A DNA stretch of 64,000 bases from Desulfomicrobium sp. (GTDB lineage Bacteria; Desulfobacterota; Desulfovibrionia; Desulfovibrionales; Desulfomicrobiaceae). This document shows, one piece after another, positions 18,713 to 27,806 of this stretch; the stretch's first letter is position 1, and the number at the start of each line of letters is the position of its first letter. The position numbers and the translations under genes were made by a program. The stretch covers positions 576,001-640,000 of the forward strand of contig JAXGMI010000002.1 of the NCBI GenBank assembly GCA_040768745.1, written 5' to 3'. The notes under the pieces were generated by a model. The model saw only the letters and a program-made list of their open reading frames with translations, was not told the origin of the DNA and made no database searches.

Positions 18713-20185
18713 TCAGGCTCCCCAGATGGATTCGAACAAGACCGGATCACTCATCACCCCCGTAAGCGTGATGGGATCTTCGAACACATAGTCGATGACC
18801 GCCTCAGCTTTGGACTGCGTCACCGCATCCCCGGTGACCCGCTCCAGCAGATCGTTGATGCTGGCATCAAACCCTTCCTCCAGCTGCACCGACAGCCTGT
18901 TCACATAGTGCAAAGCCACTTCGTGCTTGTGGGTCAGCAGACTGCGATCCTCATCGCCGCTGGTCGGCGCATAGGCACCCAGGATCAGCTCGCCCACAAA
19001 GGACCCGCGATCGTTCAGATCCGTCGAACCCAAGGCATCCAACCGCTGGGTCCAGTAGTCCCATCCGCCCGTGTCCGGATCGCGGTCAAAGCAGTTCTGG
19101 TAAATGGCCTTGACGAACTCCCGGTTGCTGTCATCCTGCGGAAAAAGGCGCTGGGCCTCCACACTCCACGCGAAGTCCTTGGAGATAGTGGCGAAATCCC
19201 GCCCTCTTTCCAGGAGCTGCTCCTGCCAGAACTCCAGGCCTGAAACATCGGGGGCCCGGCCGAAGAAGGCCAGGTAGAGATCAGTCAGGTGGTCAAGCTG
19301 CTGCTTTGCACTTCCCGAAACCAGATCTCCAACAGGAATAGTGGTCTGGAATGTACTCCCAAACGTCGCCAGTTCCACATCTTCAAGGGTCAGACTGTAA
19401 CCTGCGTAGGTCCCCCTGATTCTCCCCGGAGCTTCCTGGGCCAGGGAATACACGTTGGGAAACATGGGCAGGATGACGGTGTCAATGCCCGCCTCGTCGA
19501 CCACGGTATCAGTTTGAGCAAAGCTGGCGATCAAGATGTCGTTATCCGATGTACCGTTGAGCATTCCACCATCGTCAAGTATCGGGGACTTGACTGTTCG
19601 ATCCGCGAACAACAGAGATTCGACGCTGATCAAGGTATCGCTGACCCCGTTGCCCTCCACCATGATAATGCCATCCTGAGCCATGGATATGGTGTAGAGT
19701 GAAATCTCACCAATGTAGCCGGCCGTGTCGGTGCCGTCCCCTCCATCGATCACATTGATCCCTTCACCGCCAGAAAGGACGTCATCGCCCATCCCACCGT
19801 TGAGGATGTCATCGCCTGTATATGTGTCGAAAAACCAACCTGATGTGCTCAAATCATTGTAGATATCGTTGCCTCCAACAAGATTGTCTATTAACCCGAA
19901 GAAAAAGTCGTATTCGCTCGTTTCGAGCATGGCTGCAAATTCACTTAAACTCAAATAAAAGTCCTCTATTCTTCCTACAGCATTCCCATTGTAGCTAACA
20001 TCTAGTCTGTTGATTACTCCACCATACGAATTAAAATCGAAACCATAAATCTCTACTGTGCACAAACCAAATTTAAAAGAAATATATGTTTGATTTTTTG
20101 ATATTAATTCTGCTTCATTTTCTTCAATTTCCAATAATATTGAATCCAATACTTCCATTGATGCATACGTCGTTATTGTACTCAT
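18713..20185 (-). CDS. DUF4214-domain protein with RTX-like Ca-binding repeats (surface/T1SS-type)
   Basis: GGMGDDVLSGGEGINVIDGGDGTD repeats; YLAFFGRAPDVSGLEFW and YQNCFDRDPDTGGWDYW DUF4214-like units; no signal peptide. Confidence 0.8.
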   Translation of the reverse strand: MSTITTYASMEVLDSILLEIEENEAELISKNQTYISFKFGLCTVEIYGFDFNSYGGVINRLDVSYNGNAVGRIEDFYLSLSEFAAMLETSEYDFFFGLIDNLVGGNDIYNDLSTSGWFFDTYTGDDILNGGMGDDVLSGGEGINVIDGGDGTDTAGYIGEISLYTISMAQDGIIMVEGNGVSDTLISVESLLFADRTVKSPILDDGGMLNGTSDNDILIASFAQTDTVVDEAGIDTVILPMFPNVYSLAQEAPGRIRGTYAGYSLTLEDVELATFGSTFQTTIPVGDLVSGSAKQQLDHLTDLYLAFFGRAPDVSGLEFWQEQLLERGRDFATISKDFAWSVEAQRLFPQDDSNREFVKAIYQNCFDRDPDTGGWDYWTQRLDALGSTDLNDRGSFVGELILGAYAPTSGDEDRSLLTHKHEVALHYVNRLSVQLEEGFDASINDLLERVTGDAVTQSKAEAVIDYVFEDPITLTGVMSDPVLFESIWGA

Positions 20186-20335
20186 GATATTTTTCCTCTA
20201 AACTTTAAAATAAATAAAAACAAATTTTATATTTGAAAAAACTTTTAACCACTTATAAATTCGTTTTATTTATCATATTATATTGGATATAATTTGCGAA
20301 TTGCTTTGCACAAAAGAGCTTTACATAGGTAATTT

Positions 20336-20596
20336 ACTCGACTTTCGGGGTTGTTAGTAAAGTCGCCGAAACAGAAATCTATCGAGAATAATTGAATATT
20401 TTGATTGAGGGGATCCTCCTTCTGTAGTAGTTCTTTTGTTACCACGCAACAGAACACAAAAAAAGGAATCCCCGCATGCAAACTACAAACAATGCCATCG
20501 ATTTGCAACTCATTAAAAACGAGTGTGAGAGCAGAATCGATTCGTTTTTCAGTCAGTTCGGAATTGCGACCATTGCGCGTAATTCAAGCATCAAGA
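20336..20596 (+). mobile_element. Left end of an IS4-like element with transposase N-terminal fragment (ORF 20476-20622)
   Basis: Terminal repeat ACTCGACTTTCGGGGTT at 20336; RBS and ATG 20476 give MQTTNNAIDLQLIKNECESRIDSFFSQFGIATIARNSSIK, cut at the second repeat copy. Confidence 0.6.
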
Positions 20597-21427
20597 ACTC
20601 GACTTTCGGGGTTAGCCATTAGCAGCTAACAGCCTTTGCTCATTGAAAATATAATCGAAATTGCGCCCCAAACTGCGTATTCCGTCTCGGAAAGCCTCAA
20701 GCGGTATGCGTTCGGCCTGGCTCTGAGCTTCGCCAAGTTTCTTCAGGTTTTCCAGGGTGATGCCTAGGATTTGGCACAGTGCCTTGGCGAGAGTGCAGTC
20801 CTCGGCCTCCTCGCAGCAACGATGGAACAGCAGGCCGAGGGTTCTTGGATCTTCCGTTCTGCGTTTCTCGATGCTGAGGAAGATGTATCTGGTCATCACG
20901 ATGGTCGTGTGGGCGATGAGGGCATCGAAGTCCCGGCTTTGGCAGCCTTTCTCCAGTTCCAGATGCTGCTTGGCCGTGCGGAAGAATACTTCGATGTCCC
21001 AACGCTTGCCGTAAATGCGGACCACGTCTTCATCGGCAATGGTGAGGTCAGTGGTAAGCAAGGCCAGCCAGTCTTTCTTGTGCTTGTTTCGCACGAAGAC
21101 GAGTTTGGCCTTGAGGCCATCCTTTAACTCGACTTGGGCGTTGGCCAGGATCTTGGCTCTGCCTCTGCTTTTGCGGATCTGGCTGTAAATCTGCGTCACG
21201 TCCATCTTCTGTCCTTCGAAGATGTAGTGGACCTTGGCCGTGCGTTTGACCATGCAGATGACGGGGATGTGCTTGCACACATCGGAGATCAGGGTGGGCA
21301 TGGCGAACCAACTGTCCATGAGCAGGTACTTGGCCTTGATGCCGGCCTTCAGCGCACGCACAATCATGGGCTCAACCAGTTCTGTCGATTTGGTCACAGC
21401 CTCCTGGCGCCGCCGTGCGCCGCATGA
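20597..21427 (-). pseudogene. 5'-truncated IS4-like DDE transposase plus right terminal repeat
   Basis: LLMDSWF, YGKRWDIEVFFRTAKQHL (YREK-like), CQSRDFDALIAHTTIV; frame begins abruptly near 21427; 17-bp end at 20597-20613. Confidence 0.8.
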
Positions 21428-21509
21428 TTACAGGTGGGATACGGTGCGGGGACGGAATCAGGGCCAGAAAAAAGGAGTCAGGTTTTTATGCCTAACTCCT
21501 TGATTTCTA

Positions 21510-21586
21510 TGGTGCGCAATGCAAGAATCGAACTTGCGGCCTTTAGCTCCGGAGGCTAACGCTCTATCCAACTGAGCTAATTGCGC
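21510..21586 (-). tRNA. tRNA-Arg(CCG)
   Basis: GCGCAATTAGCTCAGTTGGATAGAGCGTTAGCCTCCGGAGCTAAAGGCCGCAAGTTCGATTCTTGCATTGCGCACCA; terminator hairpin at ~21468-21501. Confidence 0.95.
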
Positions 21587-21682
21587 ACGGGGAAAGACTT
21601 CCTATGCAGACTGACCAGGCTTGTCAAGCATGGCCGTCTGGGGTAGCCGTGCCCAACACCATCCCCCTTCCAAGGAGCGTCC

Positions 21683-22249
21683 ATGGCCACCTTTCGCCGC
21701 ATCCTGATCGGCATTTCCGGAGCCAGCGGCATGGCCTACGCCATGGCCCTGGTCCGAAACCTGCGCGCCATTCCCGGCCTCGAACTGCACGGAATCATCT
21801 CCGACGGAGCCCGCCAGGTCTTCCGGCATGAGACCGGAGCGGACATGGCGGATCTGGAGGGTTCGTTCCACCGCCTGCACGACGTGGCCGACATCGCCGC
21901 ACCGCCGGCCAGCGGGTCCTGGGAGCACCACGGCATGGTTGTCTGCCCCTGCTCCATGGCCAGCCTGGCGGCCATTGCCGGCGGCGCGGGCACGAACCTG
22001 CTCCACCGGGCCGCTGACGTGACCCTCAAGGAACGCCGGCCCCTGGTCCTCGTCCCCCGCGAAACGCCGCTGAACGAGATCCACCTCAAAAACATGCTCC
22101 GCGCCCACCGCGCCGGGGCCATGATCATGCCCCCCTGCCCCGGCTTCTACCACCGCCCCGAAACCATCGATGCCCTCGTGGCCGGGTTTGTGGGCCGCAT
22201 GCTGGAGCAGCTTGGCCTGGACCACGACCTCTACACCAGGTGGGGCTAA
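21683..22249 (+). CDS. ubiX: Flavin prenyltransferase UbiX
   Basis: ILIGISGASG, PPASGS, CPCSM, RAADVTLKERRPLVLVPRETP. Confidence 0.93.
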   Translation: MATFRRILIGISGASGMAYAMALVRNLRAIPGLELHGIISDGARQVFRHETGADMADLEGSFHRLHDVADIAAPPASGSWEHHGMVVCPCSMASLAAIAGGAGTNLLHRAADVTLKERRPLVLVPRETPLNEIHLKNMLRAHRAGAMIMPPCPGFYHRPETIDALVAGFVGRMLEQLGLDHDLYTRWG

Positions 22250-22290
22250 AAGAGTTGCCCGCTGGGGCGCTTGATGATAGCCGGGGCTGC

Positions 22291-22941
22291 ATGTTCGATA
22301 TCAGCCAGACCATCCATCATTTTTCCATCATTGCCATCCCGTTTTTTCTCGGGATCACCTGTCACGAAGTGGCCCACGGCTATGTATCCTATCTCTTGGG
22401 CGACCCCACGGCCAAGCAGGCCGGACGGCTGACCCTGAACCCGCTCAAGCACCTCGACCCCATCGGCACCCTGACCCTCATCGTGACCCAGCTCATCGGC
22501 TGGGCAAAGCCCGTGCCCATCAATCCGAGCTACTACAAAGACTACCGGCGGGGCATGCTCTACGTCTCCCTGGCCGGGCCCATGGCCAACTTCATGGTCA
22601 TGCTCTTCTTTGCCGTGGTGCTGAAAATCCTCGTCTCCGTCAGCCAGACCCCCTCTGCAGCCTCGGCCGAGTACATCCTCCGGCCCCTGATCAACATCGC
22701 CGTGGCCGGGATCTTCATCAACGCCGTGCTGGGCGCCTTCAACCTGCTGCCCATCCCCCCCCTGGACGGCAGCAAGATCCTGGCCTGCCTGCTCCCCGGC
22801 CGGTGGGCGGCGCAGTTCATGCAGCTGGAGCGCTACGGGTTCATCCTTCTCCTGCTGCTGGCCTTCACCGGGGGGCTGGGCATGATCCTCTCCCCGGTGG
22901 CCGCCTTTGTGCAAAACATGCTCATCAAACCGCTCCTGTAG
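22291..22941 (+). CDS. Site-2 protease (M50) family protein
   Basis: HEVAH, GRLTLNPLKHLDPIG, FNLLPIPPLDG. Confidence 0.92.
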   Translation: MFDISQTIHHFSIIAIPFFLGITCHEVAHGYVSYLLGDPTAKQAGRLTLNPLKHLDPIGTLTLIVTQLIGWAKPVPINPSYYKDYRRGMLYVSLAGPMANFMVMLFFAVVLKILVSVSQTPSAASAEYILRPLINIAVAGIFINAVLGAFNLLPIPPLDGSKILACLLPGRWAAQFMQLERYGFILLLLLAFTGGLGMILSPVAAFVQNMLIKPLL

Positions 22942-22950
22942 GTTTTCACC

Positions 22951-23964
22951 ATGAAAAAAATGACCGTTCTGACCGGAATCACCACCACCGGCACCCCGCA
23001 CCTCGGCAATTATGTCGGCGCAATCCGTCCGGCCATTGAGGCCAGCCGGGACGAAAACGTCAACTCCTTCTATTTTCTGGCGGATTTCCATTCCCTGATC
23101 AAGTGCCAGGACCCGGCCCGGGTCCATCAGTCCCGCCGGGAGGTGGCCGCCGCCTGGCTGGCCCTGGGCCTGGATACGGACAGGAGCACCTTCTACTGCC
23201 AGTCCGACATCCCGGAGATTCCCGAACTGACCTGGATCCTGACCTGCATGACGGCCAAGGGCCTCATGAACCGGGCCCACGCCTACAAGGCCGCTGTGCA
23301 GGAGAACGAGGAGAACGGCAGCCCGGATCCGGACAAGGGCATCACCATGGGCCTCTACTCCTATCCCATCCTCATGGCCGCCGACATCCTCATGTTCAAC
23401 GCCAATGTCGTGCCCGTGGGCCGGGACCAGATCCAGCACCTGGAAATGGCCCGGGACATCGCCCAGCGCTTCAACCACCATTTCGGTGAGCACTTTGTCC
23501 TGCCCGAGGCCAGGGTGGACGAATCCACGGCTGTGCTGGCCGGTCTGGATGGCCGCAAGATGAGCAAGAGCTACAACAACTACATCCCGCTCTTTGCGCC
23601 CGAAAGCGCCCTGCGCAAGATGATCATGAAGATCGTGACCAACTCCCAGGCCCCGGAAGAGCCCAAGGACACGGAAGGATGCGCCCTTTTCGACATGTAC
23701 CGGGCCTTCGCCACGCCGGAGCAGGTGGGGGAGATGCGCAAGAAGTTCGCCGCCGGCATAGGCTGGGGCCACGTCAAGCAGGAGCTCTTCGAAGTCGTCA
23801 ACGCCCAGCTGGCCGAGCCCCGGAACCGGTATGCCGAGCTGATCACAAACCCCGACTATATAGAGAAGGTGCTCAAGCAGGGCGCGGAAAAAGCCCGGAC
23901 CTCCAGCCGCCCCTTCCTGCACAGAATCCGCCGGGCCGTGGGGATCCGGCCCCTGAGCGACTGA
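22951..23964 (+). CDS. trpS: Tryptophan--tRNA ligase
   Basis: HLGN and KMSKS motifs, [17 protein letters not shown]. Confidence 0.96.
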   Translation: MKKMTVLTGITTTGTPHLGNYVGAIRPAIEASRDENVNSFYFLADFHSLIKCQDPARVHQSRREVAAAWLALGLDTDRSTFYCQSDIPEIPELTWILTCMTAKGLMNRAHAYKAAVQENEENGSPDPDKGITMGLYSYPILMAADILMFNANVVPVGRDQIQHLEMARDIAQRFNHHFGEHFVLPEARVDESTAVLAGLDGRKMSKSYNNYIPLFAPESALRKMIMKIVTNSQAPEEPKDTEGCALFDMYRAFATPEQVGEMRKKFAAGIGWGHVKQELFEVVNAQLAEPRNRYAELITNPDYIEKVLKQGAEKARTSSRPFLHRIRRAVGIRPLSD

Positions 23965-24027
23965 ATCAGGTCTGGCTTTTGCGCGGCTTCTGGTGTAGGT
24001 GCATAAGAATTCATTTCGCGACGGAGG

Positions 24028-24663
24028 ATGACCATGGGCGCAGCCAAAAAAATCGTACAGTTGGATCGCAAGGCCAGGAAGCCTGAACTGGCCGAAGTCG
24101 CCAAGGACCTGGAAAGCCCCCGGACCGAAGTGATCGACCTGGCCGCCCTGGCCAAAAGCCTGACCAGGTCCCAATGCATGACCGACGAGCAGGTCGAGGC
24201 CTGCCTGCGCGCCCCGGACAGGGCGGTCCAGACCGAGGCGGGCGCGGACCAGGCCGTGGAGCAGGAGACCCAGGAAAGGCCATCTCCGGCAGGCACCCGC
24301 CGGGACATGAGCAAAATGGCCCTGTTCGCCTCTGTGGCCGTGGTCATCCTCTTGCTGGGCTTCTATTTTCACCTCAATCAGAACATCAAGACCCTGACCC
24401 AGCAGGTGCAGGACCTGAGTCTCATCAAGACCGCGGTCTCCAGCCTGGACACCAAGATCAGCACGATGGAATCCAAGGTGGCGGACCTGGAAACCCTGCC
24501 GGCCAAAACCAGGGCCGCGCTGATGAGTTCCATTCTGCAGGAGATGAGCCAAAAGACGTCCTACATGTCCACCCAGCTCGAATCCGAAGAGCAGAAGGAC
24601 AAGCTCATGCGGGCCAAGGAACTGATCCAGCAGGTCCAGGCAGAGCTGAACACCCAGAACTGA
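24028..24663 (+). CDS. Hypothetical single-TM coiled-coil protein
   Basis: RBS GGAGG; one hydrophobic helix followed by a heptad-rich C-terminus. Confidence 0.7.
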   Translation: MTMGAAKKIVQLDRKARKPELAEVAKDLESPRTEVIDLAALAKSLTRSQCMTDEQVEACLRAPDRAVQTEAGADQAVEQETQERPSPAGTRRDMSKMALFASVAVVILLLGFYFHLNQNIKTLTQQVQDLSLIKTAVSSLDTKISTMESKVADLETLPAKTRAALMSSILQEMSQKTSYMSTQLESEEQKDKLMRAKELIQQVQAELNTQN

Positions 24664-24805
24664 TCAGGAGGCCCGGTTCCCCGGGCCTCTCTGTTTCCGC
24701 TCCAGACGACGCATGCGCGCAGGCCCGGACCATTCCCGCCTTGTTTGGCCCGTGTGATTCCTGTACGCTGACCGCTGACCCGACCACCCCACGCTGAGGA
24801 CCGCC

Positions 24806-26890
24806 ATGAACCCCCGAAATCCCCTGCTTGACTGGGACGTTTTTCCAGATTTCCCCTCCATCACGGCCGATCACGTGATCCCGGCCATGCAGAGCGTCGT
24901 GACCCGCAGTACGTCCGAGCTGGAAATGCTGGAAAAGGCCAGGCCGCGAACCTGGCATGGCCTGCTCGTGCCCCTGGAACGTCTGTCGGACAGGGTTTTC
25001 CGGACCTGGGGCCTGGCCACCCACCTGCACAACGTCAGGAACAACGCGGCCATGCGACAGGCCTATGCCCAGGCCCAGCCCCTGGTCGTGGAGTTCTCCA
25101 ACCGGATGGGGCAAAGCAGGCCCGTCTACGACGCCCTGCTGGCCCTGCGGGACGGTCCCGGGTTTTCCGGCTTCAGCCACGCCCTGCAACGGACCATCCT
25201 CCTCCTGCTGCGGGACGCGACCCTGCAGGGCGTGGGGCTTTCCGCCGAGGACAGGAAGCGGTTCAATGCCATCAGCCAGGAACTGGCCGAGCTGGCCACC
25301 CGCTTTTCCAACAACGTGCTGGACGTGACCCAGGCCTACGCACTGACCCTGACCAGCCGGGACGAGGTCGACGGGCTTCCCGCGGACTCCCTGGCGCTGG
25401 CGGCGTCCATGTCCAGGGCTCGCGGCCATGCCCAGGCCACGGCCGAGGACGGTCCATGGACCATCACCCTCGACCTGCCGTCCTTTCTGTCCTTCATGCA
25501 GCATGCCACCCGCCGCGACCTGCGTGAAGCGGTGTACCGGGCCTACATCACCAGGGCGTCCAGCGGGGAGAAAGACAACCTGCCCCTCATCGGCCGCATC
25601 CTGTCCCTGCGCAAGGAACTGGCCGCCCTGCTGGGATTCGCGCACTTTGCGGACATGAGCCTGGCCCGCAAGATGGCCCCGGGCGTGGAGCACATCATGG
25701 CCCTGCTGCGCGAGATCCGGCAGGCAGCCACGGACCCGGGTCTGCAGGACCTCATCGAACTGGGCGACCTGGCCCGCGTCCAGGGCCAAAACGAAGAGGT
25801 TCGGCCCTGGGACGTCATGTTCTGGGCCGAGCGGCTGAAGGAGCAGCGCCTCGGTTTGCGCGATGACATCCTGCGGCCCTATTTTCCTCTTCCGGCCATC
25901 CTGCAGGGGCTTTTCGACCTCACGGAGGAACTCTTCGGGGTCCGCATCCAGAAGCGGGATTCAGTCCCGGTGTGGCATCCCGACGCGACCTACTACCGGG
26001 TCATGGACGCAGCGGGCAACGAGATTGCCGGGCTCTTCCTGGACCCCTATGCCAGGCCCCAGGAAAAGCGGAGCGGGGCCTGGATGGACGAACTGACCGG
26101 ACGCAGCACGGCCTGCGCCCCGGCCGGAAGGGAAAGCCGTCTGCCCGTGGCCTACATCAACTGCAACCAGCGCCCGCCCCTGGACACCGCCCCGTCGCTG
26201 ATGAGCTTCCAGGAAGTGGCCACCCTCTTCCACGAGTTCGGCCACGCCCTGCAGCACATGCTGACCACATCCCGGCACGGGTTCGTGGCCGGGATCTCCA
26301 ACATCGAATGGGACGCGGTGGAACTGCCCAGCCAGTTCATGGAGAACTGGTGCTACCAGCGCTCCGTCCTGACCCGCCTGGCCCGCCACCATGAAACCGG
26401 CGCGCCCATGGAACCCGAGCTGGTGGACAAACTTCTGTGCGGCCGCACCTTCCGCTCCGGCTCCAACGCCTTGCGCCAGGTCTCCTTCGCCCTCACGGAC
26501 CTCGCCCTGCACACGGCCGACCCGGACGGACTGGATGTCCTGGACGTGGCCCAGCGCATCGCCAGGGACACCCTGCCTCTTCCTCCCCTGCCCGAAGACC
26601 GGTTCCTGTGTTCGTTCAACCACATTTTTTCCGGGGGGTATGCGGCCGGATACTACAGCTACAAATGGGCGGAAGTCCTCAGCGCCGACGCCTTCGAGGC
26701 CTTTGTCGAGGCCGGGCTTGACGATCTCCAGGCCAGACGGAGCGCTGGGCTGCGCTTCCGGGACACAGTCCTGGCCACTGGCGGAGGTCGGCATCCCATG
26801 GATGTTTTTCGCCTGTTCCGCGGTCGCGTCCCGGATGTCAGGGCCTTGCTCCGCCAGGAAGGGTTCCTCCCCGGCAAGAGGGACAATTGA
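24806..26890 (+). CDS. prlC: Oligopeptidase A (M3)
   Basis: HEFGH, EWDAVELPSQFMENW, GGYAAGYYSYKWAEVLSAD. Confidence 0.92.
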   Translation: MNPRNPLLDWDVFPDFPSITADHVIPAMQSVVTRSTSELEMLEKARPRTWHGLLVPLERLSDRVFRTWGLATHLHNVRNNAAMRQAYAQAQPLVVEFSNRMGQSRPVYDALLALRDGPGFSGFSHALQRTILLLLRDATLQGVGLSAEDRKRFNAISQELAELATRFSNNVLDVTQAYALTLTSRDEVDGLPADSLALAASMSRARGHAQATAEDGPWTITLDLPSFLSFMQHATRRDLREAVYRAYITRASSGEKDNLPLIGRILSLRKELAALLGFAHFADMSLARKMAPGVEHIMALLREIRQAATDPGLQDLIELGDLARVQGQNEEVRPWDVMFWAERLKEQRLGLRDDILRPYFPLPAILQGLFDLTEELFGVRIQKRDSVPVWHPDATYYRVMDAAGNEIAGLFLDPYARPQEKRSGAWMDELTGRSTACAPAGRESRLPVAYINCNQRPPLDTAPSLMSFQEVATLFHEFGHALQHMLTTSRHGFVAGISNIEWDAVELPSQFMENWCYQRSVLTRLARHHETGAPMEPELVDKLLCGRTFRSGSNALRQVSFALTDLALHTADPDGLDVLDVAQRIARDTLPLPPLPEDRFLCSFNHIFSGGYAAGYYSYKWAEVLSADAFEAFVEAGLDDLQARRSAGLRFRDTVLATGGGRHPMDVFRLFRGRVPDVRALLRQEGFLPGKRDN

Positions 26891-27732
26891 TGTCAATCCA
26901 GTGGTTTCCCGGCCACATGCACCGGGCCCGCAAAGAAATTGCCGCCCTCATGGCCAAGGTGGATGTGGTCATTGAGGTGCTGGACGCGCGTCTGCCCACA
27001 TTCAGCGAAAACCCCATGCTGCGCGAATTGCGCGGAACACGGCCCTGCCTCAAGCTCCTGAATAAAAGCGACCTGGCGGACCCACTGGTGACCATGGCCT
27101 GGAAGGAACACTTCCAGCGCGAGGCGGGCACCGTGCCCCTGGAGGTCGTGGCCACGAATGCCAGGGACGCGCGCGCGATCATCGCCCTCCTGCCCAGGAT
27201 GGGGCCGCAGCGGAATCTCGTCATGCAACCCCTGGTCTGCCTCATTCTGGGCATCCCCAACGTGGGCAAATCAACCCTAATGAACACCCTCGTGGGCCGC
27301 AAGGTGGCCCGGGCCGCCAACCAGGCGGCCATCACCACCAAGAAGAAACGCGTGCACCTGAACGACGAGATCACCCTGTATGACACGCCAGGAGTCCTGT
27401 GGCCCAAGATCGAGGACGAGGAGGCATCCTTCATGCTGGCCGGCAGCGGGGCCGTGCGGGAGACGGCCATGGACAACACCGAGGTGGCCGCACGGGTGGG
27501 AAAATATCTGCTCCGGGAATATGCTGACCTGTTGCGGACCCGCTACAAACTGGACGAACTGCCGGAAAACGAAATGGGATTGCTGGTCGAAATCGGAAAA
27601 AAGAGGGGTTGCCTGGTCAAAGGCGGGGAGGTGGACCTGGCAAAGGCGGCCGGCATCCTGCTGAACGAGCTGCGCGCCGGACAGATCGGTCGCATCAGCC
27701 TGCAAAAGCCTCCGGCGTGGCGGGAGGGGTGA
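26890..27732 (+). CDS. rbgA: Ribosome biogenesis GTPase RbgA/YlqF
   Basis: IQWFPGHM, NKSD, GIPNVGKS, DTPG (circularly permuted GTPase). Confidence 0.93.
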   Translation: MSIQWFPGHMHRARKEIAALMAKVDVVIEVLDARLPTFSENPMLRELRGTRPCLKLLNKSDLADPLVTMAWKEHFQREAGTVPLEVVATNARDARAIIALLPRMGPQRNLVMQPLVCLILGIPNVGKSTLMNTLVGRKVARAANQAAITTKKKRVHLNDEITLYDTPGVLWPKIEDEEASFMLAGSGAVRETAMDNTEVAARVGKYLLREYADLLRTRYKLDELPENEMGLLVEIGKKRGCLVKGGEVDLAKAAGILLNELRAGQIGRISLQKPPAWREG

Positions 27733-27755
27733 GCCTTATCGGGGGGAGGAATTTG

Positions 27756-27791
27756 TGGGTCCTACAGGACGTAGAGGACCTACAGGACCCA
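27756..27791. repeat. Short palindromic element with three 9-bp units
   Basis: TGGGTCCT...AGGACCCA ends around CCTACAGGA/CGTAGAGGA/CCTACAGGA, between convergent genes. Confidence 0.55.
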
Positions 27792-27806
27792 TGAAGAGCC
27801 CTTGTG

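Larger units (their letters stand above)
2720..21509. mobile_element. Defence/genomic island adjacent to tRNA-Arg(CCG) 3' end (left boundary approximate)
   Basis: BREX locus, AT-rich patches and IS remnants between housekeeping blocks; ends at the tRNA 3' end; no integrase seen. Confidence 0.6.
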
